From Pararhodobacter sp. (GTDB lineage: Bacteria; Pseudomonadota; Alphaproteobacteria; Rhodobacterales; Rhodobacteraceae): a DNA stretch of 64,000 bases. This document shows, one piece after another, positions 1 to 11,528 of the stretch; position 1 is the stretch's first letter; each line of letters opens with the position of its first letter. The DNA is taken from positions 10,973-74,972 of the forward strand of contig JAFIEK010000013.1 of NCBI GenBank assembly GCA_020832545.1. Reading direction: 5' to 3'. The position numbers and the translations under genes were made by a program. The notes under the pieces were generated by a model, which was not told where the DNA came from, did no database searches, and worked only from the letters and a program-made list of their open reading frames with translations.

Positions 1-628
1 AATGCATATCAACCGGCAAGCCCCGGTCTGCCGCGATCTTGCACAGGTTGGTGATGGACCAGCTTCCCTCATCCATCGTGCGCTCAAAATGCGGGATGCC
101 GCCCACCACATCGACACCCATATCCAGCGCGCGCAGCGTCTGTTCCAGCGCGTTCGGGTCGCGGTAGAGGCCGTCTTGCGGAAAGGCGACCAGTTGCAGG
201 TCGATATACTCCTTCACCGTCTCGCGCACGTCCAGCAGGGCCTGCACTCCTTTTAAGTCAGGGTCGCAGGTGTCGACATGAGAGCGGATCGCCAGCAGCC
301 CCATGCTGACGGCCCAGTCGCAATACTCCAGCGCGCGCGCCTTCATCTCGTCGATCGTGGCAATCGCCTTCAGCTCGCCCCAAAGCGCGATCCCCTCCAA
401 GAGCGTGCCCGAGGCATTTACCCGGGGCTGGCCATAAGACAGCGTCGCATCCATGTGAAAATGCGGGTCCACAAACGGCGGGCAGACCAGATCGCCGGTG
501 GCGTCGATTACCTGCCCGGCCTCGGCGCCCGCCAGCCCCTCCACCGCCGCGATCTTGTCGCCCCGGATGCCAATGTCAGCCACGAGGCCATCGGGCAGGG
601 TTCCGCCTTTCACGATCAGATCGAACAT
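1..628 (-). CDS. cytosine deaminase-like amidohydrolase, N-terminal part (gene continues past the left edge)
   Basis: Absent from the ORF track because no stop lies in the window. Hand translation of the minus strand from ATG 628-626 gives MFDLIVKGGTLPDGLVADIGIRGDKIAAVEG...PPFVDPHFHMDATLSYGQPR...IDLQLVAFPQDGLYR...VVGGIPHFERT. The HxH metal motif and later blocks match CodA-type deaminases as I remember them. The start abuts the stop of the upstream permease (629-631). Confidence 0.75.
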   Translation of the reverse strand, partial: MFDLIVKGGTLPDGLVADIGIRGDKIAAVEGLAGAEAGQVIDATGDLVCPPFVDPHFHMDATLSYGQPRVNASGTLLEGIALWGELKAIATIDEMKARALEYCDWAVSMGLLAIRSHVDTCDPDLKGVQALLDVRETVKEYIDLQLVAFPQDGLYRDPNALEQTLRALDMGVDVVGGIPHFERTMDEGSWSITNLCKIAADRGLPVDMH

Positions 629-1576
629 TCAGCGTTCTCCCTTGTTGAACGGCACCATCAGCGCCGCCGGAACTGAGGCGCGGCGCGACATGACCACTAG
701 CGCCAGAATGGACAAAAGGAAGGGCATCATCAGGAACACCTGATAGGGCACATCGGCCCCCAGCGTGGTCTGTTGCAGGCGGATCTGCAGCGCGTCGAAC
801 ACCCCGAACAGCACCGCACCCAGCAGCGCCTTGCCCGGCATCCATGCGCCGAATACCACCAGCGCGATGCAGATCCAGCCGCGCCCGTTGACCATTTCAA
901 AGAAGAATGAGTTGAACGCCGACATGGTCAGAAACGCGCCGCCCACCGCCATCAGCCCCGATCCTACGATCACCGCGCCCATGCGGATGCCGGTGACAGA
1001 CAACCCCTGCGCGGCCACGGCCGAGGGGTTCTCGCCCGCCGCGCGCAGGGCCAGCCCCAACGGCGTGCGGTAGAGCACCACTGAGACCACGGCGACCAGT
1101 ACGAAGGCGAGATAGGTCAGCGGGGTCTGGCTGAACAGCGCATGTCCGATGATCGGTATATCCGACAGATACGGGATCGGCAGCGGCTGAAACGCCTCGA
1201 TCCGCGGTGGCGTGTTCACACGGGGCAGGGCGAGGCGATAGGCGAAATAGGTGGCCGAGGTCGCCAGCAGCGTCACCCCCAGCCCCACCACATGCTGGCT
1301 GAGGCCAAAGGGCACCGTCAGCGTGGCATGGACAAGGCCGAACAGCATGCCCGCCATCATCGCCACTATTACCCCGGTCCACAGGCCCCCGCCGGAATAG
1401 ACCGTCATCCAACCCGCGAAGGCCCCGGCCACCATGATGCCTTCAATCCCAAGGTTCAGCACACCCGCGCGTTCGCAGATCAGCTCACCCATCGTGGCGA
1501 ATATGAGCGGCGAGGCGATGCGGATAACAGCGGCCCAGAAGCTGGCGGACAGCAGGATATCAAGGATTTCCATCAT
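629..1576 (-). CDS. ABC transporter permease (BMP/nucleoside-sugar type)
   Basis: 315-aa polytopic hydrophobic ORF, packed head-to-tail with a second permease, a fused-ATPase gene and a BMP-type binding protein. Confidence 0.85.
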   Translation of the reverse strand: MMEILDILLSASFWAAVIRIASPLIFATMGELICERAGVLNLGIEGIMVAGAFAGWMTVYSGGGLWTGVIVAMMAGMLFGLVHATLTVPFGLSQHVVGLGVTLLATSATYFAYRLALPRVNTPPRIEAFQPLPIPYLSDIPIIGHALFSQTPLTYLAFVLVAVVSVVLYRTPLGLALRAAGENPSAVAAQGLSVTGIRMGAVIVGSGLMAVGGAFLTMSAFNSFFFEMVNGRGWICIALVVFGAWMPGKALLGAVLFGVFDALQIRLQQTTLGADVPYQVFLMMPFLLSILALVVMSRRASVPAALMVPFNKGER

Positions 1577-1579
1577 CGC

Positions 1580-2644
1580 TCAGCCCCTGCGTACGTTGAA
1601 GCGGGTTAGTGCGATGGCCAGCACCATGGTCAGAAGCGCGGTCGCCAGCATGATATTGGCGATATAGGTGGGCACACCGGCAGCCCGGCTCATGCTGTCC
1701 GCCCCCACGAACACACCCGCCACGAAAATGGCCGAAACCACCACGCCCACCGGGTTCAGAAGCGCGAGCATCGCCACGATGATGCCGGTGTAGCCAAAGC
1801 CGGGCGAGATATCGAGCGTCAGGTTGCCTTTCAGCCCCGCCACCTCGGAAAACCCTGCCAGCGCAGCAAGTCCGCCGGACAGAAGCGCTGTTTTCAGGAT
1901 GACGCGGCCCACCGGAATACCCGCGAATTCAGCCGCCTGCCGGTTCTGGCCGACCGCCCGCATCTCATAGCCCAAGGTGGTGCGCGACTGGATCACCCAG
2001 ACCACCAGTGCCGACAGGATCGCCAGCCCAAAACCCCAATGCAGGCGCAAACCGTCAATGATGCGGGGCAGGCGGGCCTCGGGGATCAGGCGCGAGGATT
2101 GCGGCCAGCCCATGCCCATCGGGTCTTTGAGTGGGCCTTCCAGCAGCATCGACACAAAGAGCAACACCACGAAGTTGAACAAAAGCGTGGTGACAACCTC
2201 ATCGACCCCAAAGCGCACTTTCAAAATTGCTGGCCCCAGCAGCACCAATGCCCCCGCCAGCATCGCCGCCCCTGCCATGGCCGGTAGCAGCAGGCCGGAG
2301 GGCCAGCCAAGCGCACCGGTGCCCAAAAGCACCGCCATCACAGCGCCTGCGTAAAGCTGCGCCTCGGCCCCGATGTTCCAGAGTTTGGCGCGGAAGGCTA
2401 CGGCGACGGCCAGCCCGGTGAAAATCAGCGGTGTGGCGCGGTTGAGGGTTTCGAGGATCGCAAAGCGTGAACCCGCCGCGCCTTTCAGAATCAGCCCCAA
2501 CGTGGCGAAGGGGTTGGCCCCGGCCAGCATGGCGAGTGACGAGCCGATCAGTACGGTCAGCGTCAGTGCGATCAGCGGAAAGCCCAGCGTGCGCGCCAGC
2601 GTGGGGTTGGCGATGGGTTCAAGCCGCATGCGCATCTCCGTCAA
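1580..2644 (-). CDS. ABC transporter permease (BMP/nucleoside-sugar type)
   Basis: 354-aa polytopic hydrophobic ORF. It overlaps the ATPase stop by 26 nt, so the true start may be one of the internal Met codons (2635 or 2629). Confidence 0.85.
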   Translation of the reverse strand: MTEMRMRLEPIANPTLARTLGFPLIALTLTVLIGSSLAMLAGANPFATLGLILKGAAGSRFAILETLNRATPLIFTGLAVAVAFRAKLWNIGAEAQLYAGAVMAVLLGTGALGWPSGLLLPAMAGAAMLAGALVLLGPAILKVRFGVDEVVTTLLFNFVVLLFVSMLLEGPLKDPMGMGWPQSSRLIPEARLPRIIDGLRLHWGFGLAILSALVVWVIQSRTTLGYEMRAVGQNRQAAEFAGIPVGRVILKTALLSGGLAALAGFSEVAGLKGNLTLDISPGFGYTGIIVAMLALLNPVGVVVSAIFVAGVFVGADSMSRAAGVPTYIANIMLATALLTMVLAIALTRFNVRRG

Positions 2645-4166
2645 AGCCGCCGCCCGCCATCCACTGCCCCAGCTGCGCCGCCGTCATGGAGCCACGCGAG
2701 AAGGGGGGGGACAGGCGGCCTTCATAGATGACCTGAATCACGTCAGACAGCGCCATTACCTCATCCAGATCCTCGGACATCAGCAAGATCGCCGCGCCCC
2801 GGTCGCGTGCAGCCAGAAGCTGGCCATGCACAAAGCTGATCGCCCCGATATCAAGGCCGCGCACCGGCTGGTTGGCCAAAATGACCTTTGGCCCCGGTTC
2901 CATCGCGCGGCCCAGGATCAGCTTTTGCATGTTGCCGCCCGAGAGCAGGCGGATGCGGGTATCGGGTCCGGGGCAGCGCACGTCGTAGCGGGTGATGACC
3001 TGCTCGGCGAAATCGCGCGCTGCGCGCCAGTTCATCCAGCCCCGGCGCGAAAAGGGGGCTTGGCTGTAGCTTTCCAGAATGGCGTTCTCGGTCAGCGTGA
3101 AATCGGCGATGGTGCCTGTCTTGTGGCGGTCTTCGGGGATGCGGGCGATACCGGCATCCATCGCGGCGCGTGGCGACCAGTGGGCCGGGGCCTCACCGTG
3201 CAAGGCCATGTCGCCGGAAACCGGGCGCTCTAGCCCGGCGATCAGATCGGCCAGTGCGGCCTGCCCATTGCCCGACACACCCGCCAGCCCGGTGATCTGG
3301 CCCGCATGAAGCGCTAGGTTTGCGGCTTTCAGGCCCGGCGCGTTACCGTGGTCAGGGGTTGATATCTGGCTGAGCGTCAGAAGCGCGGGGCCGGGGGTGC
3401 TGGCGCGCAGCTCGGGCGACTTCACCTCGCTGCCGACCATCAGCTCGGCCAGCTTGTGGCGGTCGGTCTGACCTGTGGCCACCTCACCCGCCAGCTTGCC
3501 GTGGCGCAGTACCACCACGCGGCTGGAAATCGCCATGACCTCATGCAGTTTGTGGCTGATGAACACTACCGACAGGCCCTTGGCGACCATCTTGCGCAAG
3601 GTGACAAACAGCGCGTCAGTCTCCTGCGGAGTCAGGACGGCGGTGGGTTCATCGAGAATCAGGATGCGGGCATCACGATACAGTGCTTTCAGGATCTCGA
3701 CGCGCTGACGCTCACCCACACTCAGGTTGCCGACCCGATGTTCCGGCACCACCGACAGGCCAAAATCGCGTGCAAGCTGCACAATACGGGCGCGGGCCGA
3801 TGCCCGGTCAAAGCCAAAAGACCAAAGGGGACGGGTGCCCAGCAAGATGTTTTCCAGCACCGACAGATTGTCGGCCAGCGTGAAATGCTGGTGCACCATG
3901 CCCACGCCTGCCGCCAATGCGGCACGCGGGTTCCCCGGCGGCAGGGGCTGGCCGAACAACTCGACCGTGCCCTCGTCTGCCGTGTAATGGCCGAAGAGGA
4001 TGTTCATCAGCGTGGTCTTGCCCGCGCCGTTCTCGCCCAGAAGCGCCACGACCTCGCCCCGGTGCAGGGAAAAGCTGACCGCGTCATTCGCGGTCAGCGC
4101 GCCGAAGCGTTTGGTGATGCCGTCAAGGCGCAGGACAACCTCCTGCGCCCCCAACTGGTCCGCCAT
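2619..4166 (-). CDS. ABC transporter ATP-binding protein with two fused ATPase domains
   Basis: 515 aa. Walker A GENGAGKTT, signature LSVGERQRVEILKAL, second signature LSGGNMQKLILGRA, Walker B ILILDEPT. Confidence 0.9.
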   Translation of the reverse strand: MADQLGAQEVVLRLDGITKRFGALTANDAVSFSLHRGEVVALLGENGAGKTTLMNILFGHYTADEGTVELFGQPLPPGNPRAALAAGVGMVHQHFTLADNLSVLENILLGTRPLWSFGFDRASARARIVQLARDFGLSVVPEHRVGNLSVGERQRVEILKALYRDARILILDEPTAVLTPQETDALFVTLRKMVAKGLSVVFISHKLHEVMAISSRVVVLRHGKLAGEVATGQTDRHKLAELMVGSEVKSPELRASTPGPALLTLSQISTPDHGNAPGLKAANLALHAGQITGLAGVSGNGQAALADLIAGLERPVSGDMALHGEAPAHWSPRAAMDAGIARIPEDRHKTGTIADFTLTENAILESYSQAPFSRRGWMNWRAARDFAEQVITRYDVRCPGPDTRIRLLSGGNMQKLILGRAMEPGPKVILANQPVRGLDIGAISFVHGQLLAARDRGAAILLMSEDLDEVMALSDVIQVIYEGRLSPPFSRGSMTAAQLGQWMAGGGFDGDAHAA

Positions 4167-5183
4167 TTACATTGACCGCGGTTCGTCGTCGTTGATCTCG
4201 ACTTCGAATTCCCCTGCCCGGATCTCTGCTTCACGCTGTTCGACAAGCGCCATGATTTCTTCCGGCACTCTGCCTTCGAACGTCCCCAGCGGCGCCAACG
4301 ATGAACCCTCGTTGATCATATAGGAATAGACGCCATAGTTTTCGGCCACAAACACCCCGCCCTTGACGGCGGCTACGGCGGCATCCAGCGTCGGCTCGAA
4401 ATGCCAGATGGCCGAGGCGACCACGGTGTCGGGGTAATCGGCCTGCGTGTCGATCACATTGCCGATCGCCAGCACGCCGCGTTCCTGCGCAGCGTCTGCC
4501 ACGCCAAAGCGCTCGGCATACATAACGTCGGCCCCGCCCTCGATCATACCAAAAGCGGTTTCCTTGGCGCGGGGCGGATCGAACCATGAGCCAATGAACG
4601 CCACCTGAAAGCGGATCTCCGGGTTCACCTCGCGCGCGCCGGCCATGAATGCGTGCATCAGGCGGTTGACCTCGGGGATCGGAAAGCCGCCGACCATGCC
4701 GATATTTGCGCTTTCGGTCATTGCCCCAGCGATCAGCCCCGAAAGGTAGGCGGCGTCCTGGATATAGTTGTCGAATACCGCGAAATTAGGCAGATCCGGG
4801 TCATGCATGAAGCTGGAACCCATGAGGAAGGCCACATCGGGGTATTCCGCAGCCACTTCGCGTGCTTCCTGTTCGACGCCGAACACCTCACCGATGATCA
4901 GTTGCACCCCAGCTTCGGCATATTCGCGCATCACGCGGGCGTAGTCGGTGTTCGAGACGTTCTCAGTGAAGGTGTAGGTGATATCGCCACGCGCTTCGGC
5001 GGTCTCAGCCGCCAGATGGATGCGGCTGACCCACTGCTGTTCCACGGGCACGGTATAAACGCCCGCTACGCGCAGGGGTTCATCAGCCATCAGGCGGCTT
5101 GGTGTGACGGCGAAGGCGGTGAGCGCGGCACCCGCGGCGGCGGTGGCCAGAAGGTGGCGACGGGTAAGGCGTGCTTTGGTCAT
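4167..5183 (-). CDS. BMP-family ABC transporter substrate-binding protein
   Basis: ORF 4167..5456 trimmed to ATG at 5183 (MTKARLTRRHLLATAAAGAALTAF, a Tat/Sec-like signal). The upstream 91 codons are Arg/Pro-rich and look non-coding. The mature part resembles Med/BMP nucleoside-binding proteins. Confidence 0.8.
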   Translation of the reverse strand: MTKARLTRRHLLATAAAGAALTAFAVTPSRLMADEPLRVAGVYTVPVEQQWVSRIHLAAETAEARGDITYTFTENVSNTDYARVMREYAEAGVQLIIGEVFGVEQEAREVAAEYPDVAFLMGSSFMHDPDLPNFAVFDNYIQDAAYLSGLIAGAMTESANIGMVGGFPIPEVNRLMHAFMAGAREVNPEIRFQVAFIGSWFDPPRAKETAFGMIEGGADVMYAERFGVADAAQERGVLAIGNVIDTQADYPDTVVASAIWHFEPTLDAAVAAVKGGVFVAENYGVYSYMINEGSSLAPLGTFEGRVPEEIMALVEQREAEIRAGEFEVEINDDEPRSM

Positions 5184-5444
5184 GGCGGATGTCCCTGTTG
5201 CTGGCGGTTGCATCGACAGTCGAAATTTTATCTTCCGGTCAAATTGATGGCACGAAAGTGTGAAGGCTCCAAGCGATTCGTGGCACGGAAGGGCCGGGCG
5301 GAGGGCAAGGTGATGAACCTTGAACGCGGAATGATCAAGAAGTGGGCAGAATTTGCGTGCCGGAGCGCGATGTCGCGGCACAGCTTGCAAATGGCGCCCG
5401 CGCACCGCAGAAAGCGGGCCGGAACCCATTGGTCGGAGCGCGCC

Positions 5445-6362
5445 TTGACCCTGCATGCCGCCTTTCCCCGCGTTGATCTGGAATGGACCTTTCAGCGGTA
5501 TGAGGGGCTGCGCGCGCGGCTGCCACAGGCCGCGTTTGAGCGCCTGCCGATGCAGGTAGACGATTTGTCAGCGGTGTTTGATCACTATGATGCCTTTGTG
5601 CTGGATGCGTTTGGCGTGCTTAATATCGGTGAAACCGCCATTGCGGGCGCGGTTGAGCGGGTGGCGCAGATGCGGGCTGCGGGCAAGCGGGTGGTGGTGC
5701 TGACCAACGGCGCCAGTTACCCGCGCGAAGCGGCGCTGGCGAAATACGCCCGGCTGGGGTTTGATTTTACGGCGGATGAGGTGGTGGCCAGTCGCGATCT
5801 GGCCGCCGAGGCGCTGGCAGGGCGTGGGGGGCTTTGGGCCGCGATCACTGCGCCGGGGGCCTCGTTTGACGACCTGCCTGCGCGGGTAGAGGCGCTGGAA
5901 GGTGACGCGGCGCTGCTGCACCATGCTGACGGCTTTCTGTTTCTGGGGTCCGAGGGTTGGACGCCTGAACGGCAGGCCGCGCTGGAGGGGGCCTTGCGCG
6001 TGCGGCCCCGTCCGGTGATCGTCGCCAACCCTGATATCGTTGCGCCCCGCGAAGACGGTCTGACGCTGGAGCCGGGCCATTTCGCGCATGATCTACCGGG
6101 CCATAGTGGCCCGCTGGCCCCGGCGTTTTATGGCAAGCCTTTTGGCGGGGCGTTCAATGCGGCGCTGGCGCGGCTGGGGGATGTGCCACGCGACCGCGTG
6201 GCGATGGTGGGCGACACGCTGCATACCGATGTGCTGGGCGGGCGCGCGGCGGGGCTGGGCACGGTGCTGATCGCCGCGCATGGCCTGTTTCGCGGGCTGG
6301 ACCCGGCAGCCTATATCGCGCGTTCAGGCATCGTGCCCGATGTGATCGCCACCACGACCTGA
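5445..6362 (+). CDS. HAD-superfamily class IIA hydrolase
   Basis: C-terminal part of ORF 4653..6362. Motif I is FVLDAFGVLNIG, followed by VVVLTNGAS and MVGDTLHTDVLGG. The proposed TTG start at 5445 is preceded by GGAG. An alternative ATG lies at 5550. The long upstream extension is rejected. Confidence 0.6.
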   Translation: MTLHAAFPRVDLEWTFQRYEGLRARLPQAAFERLPMQVDDLSAVFDHYDAFVLDAFGVLNIGETAIAGAVERVAQMRAAGKRVVVLTNGASYPREAALAKYARLGFDFTADEVVASRDLAAEALAGRGGLWAAITAPGASFDDLPARVEALEGDAALLHHADGFLFLGSEGWTPERQAALEGALRVRPRPVIVANPDIVAPREDGLTLEPGHFAHDLPGHSGPLAPAFYGKPFGGAFNAALARLGDVPRDRVAMVGDTLHTDVLGGRAAGLGTVLIAAHGLFRGLDPAAYIARSGIVPDVIATTT

Positions 6363-6369
6363 GGGGCAT

Positions 6370-7743
6370 CTATTCCACAGCGTCGATACAGCCGCGCAGA
6401 ATGCCCACCAATTCATCCACCTCGGCATGGGTGATAACCAGTGGCGGCGAGAACAGCAGGCAATCGCGCACTGCGCGCGTAACCAGACCGCGCTCAAAAC
6501 ACAGGTTGCGCACCGGGGTCGCCAGGCTGCCCAAGGGCTGCACGGGCGCGCGGCCCGCCTTGTCGCGCGTCAGTTCAACCGCAGCCATCAGCCCCACGCC
6601 GCGCACCTCACCAACGCGCGGGTGGTCCAGCAGGCTGGCAAGCCCGCGCTGGAAATATGGCCCGATATCGTCGCGCACCCGCTCCACCACGCCCTCGGCC
6701 TTCATCAGGCGGATGGTTTCGCGCGCGACAGCAGCGGCGGCGGGGTGGCCGGAATAGGTGTAGCCATGCGGGAAGCGGCCCGGCTGATCCATCAGCACCC
6801 CCGCCACCCGGTCGCCGATGATCGAGGCCGAGATCGGCAGATAGCCCGACGACAGGCCCTTGGCCACGGTGATGATATCTGGTGCGATGTCATAGGTCTG
6901 GCTGCCGAACCAGTTGCCGGTCCGGCCAAATCCGCAGATTACCTCATCGACGATCAGAAGGATGTCATGCTTGCGGCAGATCCGCTGCACCGCCGACCAG
7001 TAGCCGGGCGGCGGCACCAGCACCCCGCCCGCGCCCATCACCGGCTCGCCGATGAAGGCACCCACGTTCTCCGGCCCCAGATCAAGGATCATTGCCTCAA
7101 GCGCGGCGGCGCAGGCGCGGCCGTGCTCCTCGGGCGAAAGTGCCCCGCCCTCGGCCCACCAGAACGGTGCGGGGGCGTGGTGGATATCGGGGATCGGCAC
7201 GCCGGGGATATCGTGCATCGCGGCCAGCCCGGTCAGGCTGGCGCTCGCGATGGTCGAGCCGTGATAGGCATATTTTCGGCTGATGATCGCGCGTTTTTCC
7301 GGCTTGCCCAGCCGCGACCAGTAGCTGCGCACCAGCCTGATGTTGGTGTCATTCGCCTCGGACCCGGAATTGGCGAAAAACACCCGCGACAGCCCTGCAG
7401 GCGCGATTTCTGCCAGATCGGCCGCCAGTTCAGCGGCAACTGGCGTCGTGGTCTTGAAGAAGGTGTTGTAATAGGGCAGCTCGTGCATCTGGCGTGTGGC
7501 GGCCTCGACCAGTTCGCGCCGCCCATAGCCCAGATTGACGCACCACAGCCCGCCCATGCCATCGAGCAGGCGCCTGCCCTCACTGTCCCACAAGGTGCTG
7601 CCTTCGGCGCGCGTGATGACGCGCGCGCCGCCCTCTGCCACCAGTTCCTGATGGTCGGCGAAAGGGTGCATATGGTGGCGCAGATCGGTCTCCTGCAGGC
7701 GCGCGGTGATGGCGGTGCGGTCATTCATGGGCAGGGTGGTCAT
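6370..7743 (-). CDS. class-III (omega) aminotransferase, SpuC/putrescine-pyruvate aminotransferase-like
   Basis: 457 aa. HHMHPFADH...GGLWCVNLGYGR...FFANSGSEANDT...LLIVDEVICGFGRTG...ITVAKGLSSGYLP, typical PLP fold-type I class-III blocks. Confidence 0.9.
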   Translation of the reverse strand: MTTLPMNDRTAITARLQETDLRHHMHPFADHQELVAEGGARVITRAEGSTLWDSEGRRLLDGMGGLWCVNLGYGRRELVEAATRQMHELPYYNTFFKTTTPVAAELAADLAEIAPAGLSRVFFANSGSEANDTNIRLVRSYWSRLGKPEKRAIISRKYAYHGSTIASASLTGLAAMHDIPGVPIPDIHHAPAPFWWAEGGALSPEEHGRACAAALEAMILDLGPENVGAFIGEPVMGAGGVLVPPPGYWSAVQRICRKHDILLIVDEVICGFGRTGNWFGSQTYDIAPDIITVAKGLSSGYLPISASIIGDRVAGVLMDQPGRFPHGYTYSGHPAAAAVARETIRLMKAEGVVERVRDDIGPYFQRGLASLLDHPRVGEVRGVGLMAAVELTRDKAGRAPVQPLGSLATPVRNLCFERGLVTRAVRDCLLFSPPLVITHAEVDELVGILRGCIDAVE

Positions 7744-9274
7744 GGGCGGCGAACTCCTGAAGGCGGATATCCTGAGGGCTTGCGTCAGCGTCGAGTGGCC
7801 AGATCGGCCGCGGCAGGTTGGTATAAGTGATGCGGTTCAGTTGCATGGTGGTGATCCCGCCTGCATCGACCAGAAGCACCTGCCGCGCAAGCGGGCCAAA
7901 GGCCGCGCGGTGGTGATTGCGGCTTTTCAGCGCGATGGTGGTCAGGCGCGCAGGGTCAAGCCCCAGCGCGTGAAACAGGTTCACATCGGTCACCGCCAGC
8001 GCGCGGCTGGCGACGATGACCCTGATGCCGTCAACCTCCAGAAGCGCGGTTGGCCCCATTTCCACCTGCACGCCGCGCAGCACCGGGCCCTGACAGCGAA
8101 ACCGCCCATCATGCAGGCGTTCGACGCGGGCAGTAACATGCAGCGGCGGCGTCAGATCCGGCCGGTGGTGGCCGCCAAGGCTAAGGTCCAGCGAAGCCCC
8201 TTCGCCCACGTCCTGTGCGGCGCGCACCGCCTGCGGGTCGGCCAGCGTGGCAAAGGCTGCATTGCTCAGCCCCGCCGCCAGCATCGCGCGCAACAGATTG
8301 GGCGAGTCGCCATTGGCACCGCCTGCCGGGTTGTCGGCGAAATCGGCCAGAACCAGTGGCGCGTCACCGGGGCGACCCTGACGCGCAATGGCCATCGCTT
8401 CGTCAAGGGCGGGGAAGCGCAACTGGGTTTTCGCGCGGCTGTCCCACAGCCCGTTAATCAGAGGACGGGCCAGTGTGGTGGGGTTGGCGGGGCTGTCGGC
8501 AAGGGTTGTCACCACCACCGCCGGCCCGGCCTCGGCCACATCGGCCCAGGGGAAGCCAATGGTCAGGGCGGTGGCAAGAACGCCGGGGCTTTGGCGCAGA
8601 GCGCGTGCCTGCGCCACCAGTTGGTTCATCGGTCCCGGCGGGTCGGTGCGGCCATGATCGGCGGCATCCAGCATCGGCGGGCGCAACAGCGCGCGGCGGG
8701 TGGCGCGACGATGGGCAGGCAGGGCGATCAGGCGGGCCAGCGCCTGCGCCGCATCGCGCGCACAATCGGCGTGATCGACATGCGGATAGGTTTCATAGGC
8801 AAAGAGCGCGTCCGCATGCGCCACCATCCGCGCGCTGACATTGGCGTGCATGTCCAGCGTAACTATGATGGGCGTGCCCGGGGGCAGGGCCGCGCGCAGG
8901 GCTTGCAGCAGCGTGCCCTCGGGGTCTTGGTCATCTTGCGTGACCATCGCCCCATGCAGTGCCAGCAGCACACCATCGACCGGGCCGCGCGCGGCGTCCA
9001 GCAGGTGGTTTCTCAGCATGTCCCAGTCCGGGGTCGCCAGCGGCCCCGAAGGTCCGGCAGCGGCGGCAAGGGCCAGTCTGGCTTGCCAGCCGTAGGTGTC
9101 GACAGCTTCCAGAAACCCGCCCATTTCGGTTGCGGTGCCGGTCAACCGGTCGCGAATGGTTTCTGGCTCAAGGCACAGATACCGCCCCTCAAAATCAGCC
9201 AGCCGTGTGGGCACCCGGTTGAAGGTGTTTGTCTCATGCAGGATCGCGCCGATCAGGATCTGTGGTGCGGTCAT
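7721..9274 (-). CDS. M81-family metallopeptidase (MlrC-like), paralog 1
   Basis: 517 aa. N-terminus ILIGAILHETNTF, then GTATEMG, LHGAMV, LDMHANV and YPHVD blocks, as I recall for MlrC/DUF1485 proteins. It overlaps the downstream aminotransferase start by 23 nt. Confidence 0.8.
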   Translation of the reverse strand: MTAPQILIGAILHETNTFNRVPTRLADFEGRYLCLEPETIRDRLTGTATEMGGFLEAVDTYGWQARLALAAAAGPSGPLATPDWDMLRNHLLDAARGPVDGVLLALHGAMVTQDDQDPEGTLLQALRAALPPGTPIIVTLDMHANVSARMVAHADALFAYETYPHVDHADCARDAAQALARLIALPAHRRATRRALLRPPMLDAADHGRTDPPGPMNQLVAQARALRQSPGVLATALTIGFPWADVAEAGPAVVVTTLADSPANPTTLARPLINGLWDSRAKTQLRFPALDEAMAIARQGRPGDAPLVLADFADNPAGGANGDSPNLLRAMLAAGLSNAAFATLADPQAVRAAQDVGEGASLDLSLGGHHRPDLTPPLHVTARVERLHDGRFRCQGPVLRGVQVEMGPTALLEVDGIRVIVASRALAVTDVNLFHALGLDPARLTTIALKSRNHHRAAFGPLARQVLLVDAGGITTMQLNRITYTNLPRPIWPLDADASPQDIRLQEFAAHDHPAHE

Positions 9275-10775
9275 GGTGCGGCGCTCAGATCCAGCCAGAC
9301 GCTTTTGCGCTGGGTCACATTGTCAAAGGCATGCAGTGACTTGTCGCGCCCTTGCCCTGAGAGCTTGACGCCACCGAACGGCGTGGAGATGTCGCCCACG
9401 CGCAGGGTGTTGATCCAGACAAAGCCGGTGTTCAGGCGATGTTGTGCGGCCAATGCGCGGGTCACGTCACCTGTCCACAGCCCTGCCGCCAGCCCGTAAG
9501 GGCTGTCGTTGGCCGTGGCGATGGCATCATCCAGGCCGTCCACCCGCATCACGCACAGAACGGGGCCGAAGATTTCTTCGCGCGCGACCGACATGGCGTT
9601 GGTGGTTTCGCCCAGGATGGTGGGTGGCACCAGCGGCTCCGAGCGCAGGCCGGGTGGGGCGGGGCTGTCAGGTGTCAGACGCTGCGCGCCCTCGGCCACG
9701 CCCGTGGCGACCCAGCCGCGCACGCGGGTGGCATGGGCGTCGCTGACAAGAGGGCCGAAGCGGGTGTCCGGGTTCAGCGGGTCGCCGGGTTGCAAGGTGG
9801 CGGTGAGGGCCAGCAACCGTTCAAGAAACTCATCGTGTATCGGCGCATCCAGCAACAGCCGTGTGCCTGCGTTGCAGATCTGGCCTTGATTGTGAAACAC
9901 ACCCATCGCGGCGGCCTGCACCGCGCGCGCCATATCGGGTACGTCACGCAAGACGATATTGGCTGATTTGCCGCCGCATTCCAGACTGACCGACTTCAGG
10001 TTTGATTGCGCGGCGTAGCCCATCAACAGCTTGCCCACCGTGGTGGAGCCGGTGAACAACAAGGCCGCCACATCCATATGCAGCGCCAGCGCGCGCCCGG
10101 CCTCGGGGCCGATGCCCGGCAGGATGTTCAGCACGCCGTCCGGCAGGCCCGCCTCGGCTGCCAGCCGCCCCAGCGCAAGGGCGGAAAGCGGCGACAGCTC
10201 CGAGGGTTTCAGCACCACCGAATTGCCCGCCGCCAGCGCCGGGGCGATCTTGGTCATGGCGGTGACCAGCGGGAAGTTCCACGGTACGATGGCCGCGACC
10301 ACGCCCAACGGCGCTCGTCGGATCATCGATAGGACACTGCCCTGGGTGGGCGAGATCTCATCATAAAGCTTGTCGATTGCCTCGGCGAACCAGCGCAGGC
10401 AGCGGATGGTGGCGGGCAGGTCGATGGCGAGGCTGTCGCGGATCGGTTTGCCGGTGTCGAGGGTTTCCAGGAGCGCCAGATGCTCTGCCTCGCCCTCGAT
10501 CAGATCGGCCAGCCGCAACAAGACGGCCTTGCGTTGTGCCGGGCTGGACTGCGCCCAATGCCCCGCGTCAAACGCATTTTGGGCAGCGGTGACGGCGCGG
10601 TCAGCATCCCCGGCCCCGCAGGCGGCGACCTGTGCGGTGGCCAGGCCGGTGGCGGGGTTGACGGTGTCAAAATGCGCGCCACTGGCGGCATCAACATACC
10701 GACCGCCAATGAAGGCGCGGGTTTCCGGCACAAGCGCACGGGCGCGGGCGTGCCAATCGGATGCAGGGGCTTGGG

Positions 10776-10779
<4 letters not shown>
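9271..10779 (-). CDS. NAD(P)-dependent aldehyde dehydrogenase (PuuC/gamma-glutamyl-aminobutyraldehyde dehydrogenase-like)
   Basis: 502 aa. VPWNFPL, LKPSELSP, LECGGKSANIV and catalytic-Cys block NQGQICNAGTRLL. 4-nt overlap with the next gene. Confidence 0.9.

Positions 10780-11524
<745 letters not shown>

Positions 11525-11528
<4 letters not shown>

Noticed and set aside
4653-5444. N-terminal 264 codons of the 569-aa ORF 4653..6362
   Set aside because: This part is antisense to the BMP binding-protein gene and spans the divergent intergenic region. Only the HAD-like C-terminal part looks coding.
7706-9499. 597-aa plus-strand ORF
   Set aside because: It runs antisense to the MlrC-like and ALDH genes. 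It is Arg/Gly/Gln/His-rich with no motifs, a typical shadow ORF of high-GC DNA.
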